Source of the DNA: Perna viridis | Taxonomy: Eukaryota | Direction: 5' to 3' | Assembly (NCBI GenBank): GCA_037379345.1 | Contig: CM074512.1 | Coordinates: 4,712,001 to 4,776,000, forward strand | DNA length: 64,000 bases | Part shown: positions 11,380 to 23,300 of the stretch, piece after piece | Position numbering within the stretch: position 1 is the first letter of the stretch | Layout: every line of letters begins with the position of its first letter | Program-made: the position numbers and the translations under genes | Notes under the pieces: generated by a model | Told to the model about the DNA's origin: nothing | Databases searched by the model: none | Seen by the model: only the letters and a program-made list of their open reading frames with translations

Positions 11380-14300
11380 GTAAAGTTCACTAGTCACTAT
11401 GTAATTTGAATTCATTTTACGCCATCTACATTTTTATATCATCCGCCCTAAAAATTGCAATTCTTTATTATCATGAATTAAGTTTTGTTATTTTTGGACA
11501 GATAAGAGCAAACAAATTTGGGGTACCTACTTTTAAAATTGTGTCAAGTATGTACATGTACATGTGTAGATCATTGCTTTTTGGAAGACTACGGGGTCAA
11601 ATCACCAATTTCTAAATGTATCTCAAAAATTATAAGAGAAACTGGAAAATAAGCACTACAAAAGTCGCCATTTGATCACAGTTGTATGACTACTCCTTAT
11701 TGGAGATATTGCCCCTGGAAGGTCAAAACAAACAATTTACATGTATATGTTTTTGTTCTTAAAACTTGAAAACTGTAATTGATAGATAAAAACTTTTTGA
11801 AATAAAATGATAAAAAATTGTTAAAATGATCCTTTTTAGTAGGCCTACGAAAGTCTTCAAGTTCCAGGTTGTGTGACAACTCCTTAGTAGGGTTATTGCC
11901 CTTGAAAAACAAAAAATGACAATTTTTTAATGTTTAGCTTATAACTTGCATAACAAAATAGGTAGAAATAAACTTTTAATAGTTGAAATGATCCTTATAA
12001 TAAAGGCCTACTAAAGTTGCCAAAAGTTCTAGTTATATGAAGAACCTTTATTAGATATTGACCTTATACCCCCTTTTACCAGGTGAGTGATCAGCCTCTA
12101 GTTTTGTGTGGCTCAGGTGGCTAAATTTTGGCTGCAGCCCAAATGGCCATTGAAACCCTATCATGAAACTCATTTTTGGCATGAATCTTTGCTAACATTT
12201 AACCATTGCAGGAATGGTGTAATGAGGGACCCACATAAATGATTTACTTTCGTTTTTTTTTTATTTTTAATTTCTTGATTTATCCTCAAGTATGAAACAA
12301 AAGTTGTTTACAAATAAGGTTTGTATTGATATTTCTTTGTTCACTACAAAGAAAATAATAACATCAACTGAATTCTGGATAACTGTGAATTAATCCCTGA
12401 GGAAATTTACATAGGCAAGAATAATAATCTCATGATATAGTAAACATTGTCCTTGATAGTGTATCCTAGGATTTGTGTAAATTTTAGGAGAAAAATCAGA
12501 ATGAACAATGACTGCCAACTCAGTCATTGTCTTTAAGAATTTTTCTGGTATTTTAAGTTTTCAATTTGACATAGAAGTAAGTGGAGCATAATATATTGCT
12601 CGCTTATCAAAATTGGATTTTTTTAGGTATGGAATTCTAGAACACCAAAAAGTTTGAATTTATATAATGTGCAAATTGTTTTTAATACAACTGTATTGAT
12701 AAGTTCAATGAACTTCAAACTAACTATAAATTTCTTTCATAAAAGATGTAATGACATTTGTTGCCAATATTGTCATCTTCACAAAAAGGGTGGACCAAAT
12801 ACAAGACTAAGTGCACCATGCATCAAAGCATCCCTTTTCATTGCTGTTAAAAAATATTTCTTCCTTGTCACCTTAAGAACTTTACATACGGTTTTTATTC
12901 TCTATTTTCAGAGTAAGAAGATATTGATTTTCCTGGTGTTTAACATCATCAGTACATTTACATTGTTAGTATGGTGTCACTCAACAAACAGTATGGGTAA
13001 GTTATGGCACTAAATATTGATTTAAATAGTCAATATATATGTGTATGTTAAGAAATGGTTGTCAAATACTGATTTTTTATGTCCATGATGTTTTATCATT
13101 TGACTTCAATTATCTGAAGTTTTACTTTAAACTAATAATATAGGGTGTTAACATAAATAACTGTGAATATTGGCCTAAACAGATATCAAATTTCATGAAC
13201 ATGTGTGCAATATAGCATTGTTAGCACTAGTGCAAAGTTTTCTTTGGACACTGTTTATATGCAATGAACATGTATAATTGTTTTCTATTATTTCATTTTA
13301 TTCTTTTACCTGAAACATGATCAATAAATTTAGATTTTGTCCTGTAAACTATCAGATGATGTTCGTGTACTTCCTCAGTCAAAGATTGTAACTCTGCCCT
13401 GTAAACTATCAGATGATGTTCCTGTACTTCCTCAGTCGAAGATTGTAAATCTGCCCTGTAAACTGTCAGATGATGTTCCTGTACTTCCTCAGTCGAAGAT
13501 TGTAAATCTGCCCTGTAAACTGTCAGATGATGTTCCTGTACTTCCTCAGTCGAAGATTGTAACTCTGCCCTGTAAACTGTCAGATGATGTTCCTGTATTT
13601 CCTCAGTCGAAGATTGTAACTCTGCCCGTAAACTGTCAGATGATTTTCCTGTACTTCTTCAGTCGAAGATTGTAACTCTGCCCTGTAAACTGTCAGATGA
13701 TGTTCCTGTACTTCCTCAGTCGAAGATTGTAACTCTGCCCTGTAAACTCTCAGATGATGTTCCTGTACTTCCTCAGTCGAAGATTGTAACTCTGCCCTGT
13801 AAACTCTCAGATGATGTTCCTGTACTTCTCAGTCGAAGATTGTAACTCTGCCCTGTAAACTGTCAGATGATGTTCCTGTACTTCCTCAGTCAAAGATTGT
13901 AACTCTGCCCTGTAAACTATCAGATGATGTTCCTGTACTTCCTCAGTCAAAGATTTTAACTCCGCCCTGTAAACCATCAGATGAATCAATTTGCAGAATG
14001 TTCCTATACTTCCTCAGTCAGTTACAAACACTATGATAGAACATTGGAAGTTAAATGTACAGTTATTCAATCCTCATGGAAATAAATTGTTTCAAGTTCG
14101 ACAAAGTCTGATACCAGCCACTTGTACATCATGGTTAAGTCCCTTTTTGTACAGTTTATGGTTGCTTACATTTTCTGCTGATCTATAAAACCTTTACTTT
14201 GCTTTTATCAACTATTTAATTGACTTCAGTTCATTCTTTTTCTCGGGTTGGACTAATTCTGCTCTGCTCAAAAGATAGGCGATTCAACAGCCTGTTCCCA

Positions 14301-17300
14301 CATTTTATTTTATTTACAAAATGACAATATTGTATGCAAATATAAAAATCAACATTTGTTAAGAGTAAAGTAAAGTTCCCAGAATATATAAAAAGGTGAG
14401 AAACATAGAGTAAAATATTAGTGAATATTGCACTTTTTTTATTACTATATATAATAAAACTTTTTTTTGTTCTTTTTCAGCACTCACAGCTTATACATAT
14501 TTAACACTTTTTGATATATTCAGGTAACTATTTACAAATGTATATATAATGTTGATATCTCTCTACGCTAGTTAAGCTTGGGTTATTTGAGTCACAATGT
14601 AGCTACACACCAGCTCAATGAGTGGTAGTACATTGGAATCATTGTGTCTGTCCCTCCATCCAATTAGCAATTATCTCAGCTCTCAGTAGATAGATTAAAT
14701 ACATATTTGATATGTGGCTTTATACAGATGGGGCATATGTTGTAAGATATTTTGGTTGCTGTCTGATATCAACTTCCTGTACAAGTGGTGGTATGCCTAG
14801 CATGACAATATGTGCAACTTCAGGTTAAGATTTCTTGTCTGTCTAGTTCTATTTTAACAGATAGCACTTCCAAAAATCAGAATGTGGGACTTCTATATTC
14901 CAGGTATTTTGTTTTACATTGCAAGAAGATGTTGCTTGTTTTAAATTGGCCATCTTTTAATTTGTATTTTACATGAAATTTATTAATATTTTATTTGTAT
15001 TTTTCAGTCTAATGATTTGTCTGCTGAGTTTATGGGTTAAGATGCAAAAACCAACTCCAGTTTATTCTTTTGGGTGAGTTAAACCAGTTATGAAGGTAGT
15101 ATGTCCTCTCTTGTTCTATTTGGGTGAGTTAAACCAGTTGTGAAGGTAGTATGTCCTGTCTTGTTCTATTTGGGTGAGTTAAACCAGTTATGAAGGTAGT
15201 ATGACATCTCTTGTTCTATTTAGGTGAGTTAAACCAGTTATGAAGGTAGTATCTCCTCTCATTTTGGGTGAGTTAAACCAGTTATGGAGATAGTATGTCC
15301 TCTCTTGTTCAATTTGACATCATGATTCATATCCTATGGCACATCTTGGAAGGTAGTTATATCCTTCTCATCTTGGAAGGTAGTTATATCCTTCTCATCT
15401 TAGAAGGTAGTTATATCCTTCTCATCTTAGAAGGTAGTTATATCCTTCACATCTTATAAGGTAGTTATATCCTTCACATCTTGGAAGGTAGTTATATCCT
15501 TCTTTTGATTGATATTTTATTTTGCCTAATTTGGAGTATTCACACACTTGTGCTTTCCACAACTTTACATGTAAGAATATTATAAATTATATTGATGTGA
15601 TTAGAATATTTACAACATCCTCATTAGCTTTGCCTGTTATAGAAAATGGCATCTATCAGAACTCCCACCTCAGAAAAAATTTAAAATATTGTTTTCTTAT
15701 AATAAGAATACATGCATAGCATTTGTTTTTCAGGTACGAGAGATTTGAGGTGTTAGGAGTATTTGCTAGTACAATGTTAGCACAGCTTGGTTCTTTATTT
15801 ATATTAAAAGAAAGGTAAGTGATGGTTTATAGATGTGTATTTGGTTTAGCATAGAAAAAAAGAAAACTTATCTTTTGCTGAATTTCTATAGGAAAAAAAC
15901 GTGGTCCTATAGTGGCACTGTTATTGTCTGTGCAATCAACATCCATGTTATTGTTGTTGTCTATGGACTCTTGGTTTTTTATGCAATAATATGAAACTTG
16001 GTTGGTTACTGTGAAAGTATTTTTATTCATTGGTACCAGTTTGCATGGTTTAGGGAAAAATTATCCGTTCGTAGACTCTTAAATTCGTGGATTTGTCAAC
16101 TCCCATGAAAACCACGGAAATTGGTACCCCACAAACAATAATACTTTCACAATAATCTTGATAAAATTAAACAACAAGGTGTCTAACACACAAAGGGAAA
16201 GTTGGTACTGGTCTTGTTGGTTATGGTCCTAATAATTTTGGATCTCTATGATATTGTTCCATGATGTTCTATACCACAAAGGTCAGACTTGTATTGATTT
16301 TAGGTAGTAAGGACCTGAAGCATTTAGGAATTAGGGGCTGAAAGGAGCGATAAACAAGCATTTTTCTTGATTTTAAACAACAGCATGAGTAAAAGGGTAT
16401 GTTACTCAATGATATTGTACCATAAGGTCCAATACTACCAGATGGCAAGTTCATGATGATTAGGGGTTTTTAACAACCATGAATACCAATACTGGTCTCT
16501 CAGTGTTTTAATGGGTTTGTAGCGGAGCCCAGCCTTCCAGATAACTGACCAAAGAACTTGGTCTGAGTATGTCCTACTAGCAACTGGGCTGCTGTGTTGG
16601 CAAGTTCTGCACACATTTACTTACATGTATATATTACAATATCTAATATCCATGTTGATTTTACCTAGTTTATTTTCAAGACCAGATTTTATATAAACCT
16701 AACATAACCTTTAATCCATGTGTAAAAAGACACATTGTCACCACTTTGATATGAAATGTACCTATTATTTTGAATTTTTGGTACCTTATTTTCTAAACAG
16801 AACTCTATGAAAAAACATCTGTTTTCTTATATTTTTCTTTGATTGCAAGATACCCCCAAAATTTTATTGAAGTTTTTAAATGGCAAAAAATGGGGTTTTT
16901 TTGTTATTGCAGATATTGTTTCATGGTTTTTCTACCTTGTCACTTGGAATGACAAAATACTATGTCATACCTTCACATTTAATTATCAGGTGTTTGTCTC
17001 CATTGTTATTTCCTGACACATATCAAGCTCAATTTTCATCATAAGCTTTACTACTCCAGTTATGCTTGTTTATATAATTCCTTTTTCATTTTCACAATTA
17101 ATGTACATTTTTTATTTTAATTGCCCAACAAGGTAGCAGGTAATCATTTAATCTCTCCATACATGCCCTATTTTTTTCACATATTTATCTGGTATTTTAA
17201 CATATCGAGATGTAGTATAAGGAAAAATTACAAACAGTATAATTTGTTATACATTATGCTTTTTCAGTGTAGAGAGGATGTTTATACAACCTGATATACA

Positions 17301-20300
17301 TACGTAAGTATCTTAAATATAAAACACACAATTTAATGCTTTAAAATAATTCAACATATTGTTGCGTGGATAGCGCCTCCATTTCACTGGTTTCCTTCAA
17401 GCTTTAGTGAATTGTTAGTAACTGTAAAAGCTTAGATGGTATCGATTTTTCATAGAAACTGTCAAGGGGGACTACTTTTTTGGGATGGAAACTTAATGAA
17501 AACTTTTTAGGCATGACTTAGGCATGTTGCCCGGGTAGCGTCTCAATTTTTTTATGGATTTAATTCATACTTTGGTGAATGATTAGAGCCTCTTGTTCTT
17601 TCCCAGGTCCCATTTAATCCATAATTATTTCTTTAGTTATTTTTATGATACTGTGATAAATGGTATCTGCATAAAAATCAGTTGTCATGGTGCCCAGTAA
17701 AACATCTTACATGTATTAACATACATGACATTTGAAAGGATGTGATATTTGATAGTGTATACATGTCTGGTATTCAAAGATTTATATTATATACTAGTAA
17801 AGTATTATTGTTCTTGGGGTACCAAATTTTGTGATTTTCATGGGTTTGGAAAGCACAAAATTTAGTTCTTAACAAAAAGAAAATGTTCCATTCATTTGTA
17901 CGATAGAGTTGTCAAATCCACATATTCAAGAATCAACAAACTGATCATTTTCTCCTAAACCATGAACATTGGTACCCACGAATTAATGTACGTTTTGCTA
18001 GGGTTGTTGTTCATCCTTCAGAGGAGGACAGGTGATAAACCTCCAACTAGTTGGTTATTTATTTTCACTTAAGGATAAATATTCATACTAATTCTGCACT
18101 TTCCCACATTTTTTTTCTCATCCTCCAAATCCTGTCCCTCAGTTCATTTCTCTTCCTCCAAATCCACTTTCAAGCCACTTCTGTAATAATACTAAAATAA
18201 AATGCAAATACAACATAAAATTCTTTGTTTCAGTGGAAGGTTAATGATAGCAACAATTTCTGCTTTTTTTGCCCATTTTACTCTGACATATTGTATCAAT
18301 AACCAAGCAATGAACCATGTTGTTGAAGCATCTAGTTCCAGTTGGTTACAGGAACACATGACAGACATGTCAGAGAGGTAAGAGTCTAGTTCTCAGTGGT
18401 TTCATGAACACATGACAGACATATCAGAGAGGTAAGAGTCTTGTTCTTAGTGATTACAGGAACACATGACAGACATGTCAGAGAGGTAAGAGTCAAGTTC
18501 TCAGTGGTTACAGGAACACATGACAGACATGTCAGAGAGGTAAGAGTCTAGTTCTTAGTGATTACAGGAACACATGACAGACATGTCAGAGAGGTAAGAG
18601 TCAAGTTCTCAGTGGTTACAGGAACACATGACAGACATGTCAGAGAGGTAAGAGTCTAGTTCTTAGTGATTACAGGAACACATGACAGACATGTCAGAGA
18701 GGTAAGAGTCAAGTTCTCAGTGGTTACAGGAACACATGACAGACATGTCAGAGGGGTAAGAGTCTAGTTTTTAGTGATTACAGGAACTTACATAAAATCG
18801 GAGATGTTATGTTTGAATCCATCATCACAGTCATTGTCTTTGGACAAATACAAAAAAAGGAAGAACCAGCCAGTTGTTTTAAGACTGCATAAGATTTGTA
18901 GTCATATATTGGTATCATGTTATGGTCTTAGTAGATATTAAGTTAGATATATTTAAGGCTGTAACATCAGGTGCTATACTCCCAAAGGAAGTCTTTGATT
19001 GATTTTAGGGGTTGTGATGGGAACCATTTAAGAATTTGGACCTGAAGCAAGCATTTTCATGATTTCTGGAAATAGCTTGAGTGAAAGTAAATGATCTCTT
19101 ATAATGTAACACAAGATACCATGTCACCTTAGGTAAGCTAAGATTGATAGTAGAAATTTTCACAAGAATTAGGGACCTAAGGACTCAATTACAAGCATTT
19201 TTCTGATGATAATAACTTGAGTGTAAGAGTATGTATCCCTTTGAAATTGTAACACAAGGAGCTTTACTCCCAAAGGAAGGGTGGGATTGATTGTGGCTTG
19301 AACCATCCAGAAATTAGGGACAAAAAAGGGCCACTTGGATTTAAGTATGCCAAACATTTAATTGAATCCAATTTCAGGCTTGAATGGTCTCTCAGTACTT
19401 GCCCAGATTGTTAAGGATTCAACCTCTACAGTTGTATCAAGCTGTGCCTTGAGTAGCATGTTATTGATTATAGTCTTATTGAATAAAAATAGTGTCAACA
19501 CCTGCACATGCAGTACATGTGACTGTCAGGGAGCTATTTATTTCCAGATGGTTACAGCAATTTAGATAATGTAAGGTCCTTGTTTTATCAAATAGATATA
19601 TATATGAATTTCTGTGTAATTATATAACAAAATTAAAAAAAAGAATATGACAACTGTCAAAATCGTTGAGAAATAATTCTAGTAATGGCCAAATTTTACA
19701 ATAATGTGCTGTTATCAATATTTTTCTCGAACCTGTAAATCTTACTGGTCAGATTTCAATTGAAATTGGATATATATAGACTGTATACAAATATGACTTT
19801 TATTCCACAAAAATATACATATAATAGGATTTACATCATCAAATAAAAAGTACTATTATAACATGTCTTTATATACTACATCAAATACCGTAAAGGGGGT
19901 AATTTTTGCAGGGTGCTAATTTTTTTATGTTTTAGTGGTAATTTTAAAAACACCAAAAATAAAATTTGTAAAATATTTACTCTTTGATTTAGTACTCAGT
20001 ACACACAGTATCTACCAAAATATTTTGTAATCCTTTTGCCTCAAAATTGCCTTCTGTTTTTAGCTCACTTGGCCATAGGCCAGGTGAGTTATAGCCATCA
20101 CTTGGCGTCCGTTGTTGTCGTTAACAATTTTTTAACTCTTCTCCTCTGACTCTACTTGACCAATTTGAACCAAACTTGGTATGAATGTTCCTATAAATTG
20201 TAAAACATGGCCACTATTAGTAAAAATAGAATATAGGGATCTGAGAGTAGTTTTTCGCATACATCTCCAAAACCGTTAGGTTTAGCCAAATTCTGATGAG

Positions 20301-23300
20301 GTAAAAGTGTATAGCATGATGAGATCTATCTGTGGTCAAATTTTCATTTTAACCTGTTCAGCCATGTTGGAGTTATTACCCTTTTTTGACATTTTTTTGC
20401 TATTTTTAATGTTATTTCTTTCAAAAATGTTCTCCTCTCACCCTGTTTTACCAATTGGAACTAAACTTGGTATGAATGTTCCTTTGGGTATCCTACATAG
20501 AAATGGTATGGAGATTTTTGATCCGTTGAAAAACATGGCCGCTGTTACTAAAAATAGAACATAGGGGTCAGACATTAGTTTATCACATATATCTCCAAAA
20601 CCATTAAGTTAGCCAAATTCTTTCAATTTCTGAAATGATCCTTATTATAAGGCCTTCAAAAGTCTTACGGTGACTCTTTGTTAGAATTATTGCACTTGAA
20701 AGATGAAAAATGATTTTTTTTCTTACAGTTTTCAGCCAGTATCTTGAAAACTAATAGAGAGAAAGAAACTTTCAATCACTGAAATGATCCTTATGATAAG
20801 TCCTACCAAAGTCTTCTGAGTCATAATTGTTGGACAACTCCTTGTTAAATTTATTTCTTGTTGAAGACAAATTTTAACCAGGTGAGCGATTCAGGCTCCT
20901 GGGAGCCTCTTGTTTTTGTGGGCATTCCAGTTTTGTTTTGTTTTTTTTTTTTGTTGTTGACTTTGTTTTCTTTTTAGTGTTTGCCACATATTGCCAGGAC
21001 TAAGTAAGCTGTTGTTACCAAGGATCAATCCAATGGCTCTCATTGGGTTCTCTGGAGGAATTGCACTGGTTATTACATACATATTGATAGACACAAAGTA
21101 TGTTTTGATATTATCAGCTTATAAAAAGATGTAAGATAGTGAATGCATTAGAGTATATAGGTACATAATGGAGGACAATTCTATGTTCAATAAACCCCCT
21201 GCAAACTAAGTTTCAGGGTATATAAGATTATCCTGTCTGGCTGTCCATTTGTCTCTCAATATTTCTTGTAAGTACAATTTCTCCTAAACCAGGCAGAAGT
21301 TTTGATGACTTTATAGGAAGGATGGGCATCATATGCAGATAGATATGCATGAAAGATAATCAAAATTCAGGGTTTTACATTAGCGGAACTCCTCTTAACT
21401 GTTAAAGGGGTTTTGATGACTATTAATAGGAAGGTTCGGCATCATATGGAGATATGCAATGAGGAATTATTGTGGGCAGACAAAAGAGGAAAAGAAAACT
21501 ATGACATGTTGAACAAATCAGTTTTCATGGTGCAGATGGCTACACCATAACGATCCACAAGTTCATGATAACCATGAGACTTCTATAGTGATCTTGTAGC
21601 AACATGAAATTGTTCCAGAAGCCTAGCACAATACAAAAAGTCTATGACAAGTCAATTCAGTGGTTTTACATTCTACATTTAACTCCATTGAAGTGGTCTT
21701 TTTTTTTTTTTTTTTTTTTTGAACTCTCTCACAGTATTTCTAAATATCATCGCTGATGCAGATACCCTATATTTTTTTTTCAGTTTGTCAATCCATCTAT
21801 CAATCCATCAACAATTTGTCTGTCCTTCTGTCAATTCATTTGTCAATCTTTCAACAATTTGTCCATCAATCTGTCAATAATTTTTCTATCCATCTGTTAA
21901 TCCATCATCAATTTGTCCATCCAAATGTCAATCCGACAACAATTTGTCCATCCATCTTTCAATCTGTTGACAATTTTCCTGAGTGCAAAATATCATAAGT
22001 TATTGCTGAACAGTAACAGTGTCACTTTATTAATTACCATATGAATTTATACATCTTTAGTTTTTAGTCAAGTTTTGATAATTAGTTTGTAGAACTTTCT
22101 ATTCTCATAAAAAAATACAATTTTAGAACTAAATTTTTTTTACATTAATTGACAACCATTTTGGCAGAAAGTATGTTTTTTACAAAAAGATAAAAAGATA
22201 TGAATTATAAGTTGAACTTAAGTTCAAAGTGGTAAATGATATTTTATATACTCTTCGAGACAGGACCCTTTCTGACTTTTGATGAACTCTGTAAAGATAG
22301 TACCAAGTTGTCTCTCATGATGTGTTCAATTAATTGAACTGTTCACTCATATTTTTTTTTCAATATCTTAATAAGACAAGGCAGAACTCCTAGAAGTCTT
22401 TTGTATACATTGGTTGTCAATGCTATACTCCAGAATTTTGACATCTTGGTTGTCTTCTTATTTATGAGGAGGGTGGTAATATCATAGCTGGTGATTTTGT
22501 AAGGTTCAATTCTTCCTTTGAGTTCTTAGCTACCACTCATTTCATAGAAAAAAGAACAGATATGGTGAAACGTAATGAATACATCATTGTATGAAAATAG
22601 TAAATACAGAGATCACCAAAAGGTCTTCAATAAGTGTAAATACACTTTCAAGTAAGCTCTGAAAGGCCCTGACAACAATAGTAATAAAATCCATGGTAAC
22701 AGAATGATGACACTCATTCAAAATAAAAAGTAAAATAACAACGCAGACACATTACTGACTAAAATTAGCATTAGGGTGAAATCATTAATTTCTAACCAAG
22801 TATCATGCTGCAAGCACAGCAGACAACTTGGAAATAGTGGACAAACATCTGAAGTGGACAAAATTAGATTAAGGCAACAAAACACCAAAAACATGCTTCA
22901 TTCATAAATTATTTGTTGAAAATTTTGAATTTGATCTTGAACTTGATATCAAAAAGCAATGAATCAAGCAATAATAAACAACACAGGGCAAAAAATTACA
23001 TAACTGAAATGAATATTTTGGTGAATGTACTAACAGGATAACACAACATTTCCTGATTATAGAGAAAATTGAGTTCAAAATGTCTTTGATCAGTGATGTT
23101 CATTTCAGGGAGAAGTGACTGATGTTTAAGAATGTCCTAGTTGGATTCAAAGGTGTCCAGATTGATGCAAAGCTGCTCTGTCTTCATTACTCTCCTTTCC
23201 TTGTCAATTGTCTCCAAGCATCTGTCTGTTTGCCTTCTTTCTGCTTTATCCTCTGTTGATTGTGAGAGAGGGTTTAATAGGTATAGTTTGATCAAGACCA

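Noticed and set aside
13337-13989. ORFs 13337-13675 and 13807-13989 with 19-aa repeats
   Set aside because: By-product of a 57-bp intronic minisatellite; single-base deletions break the frame.
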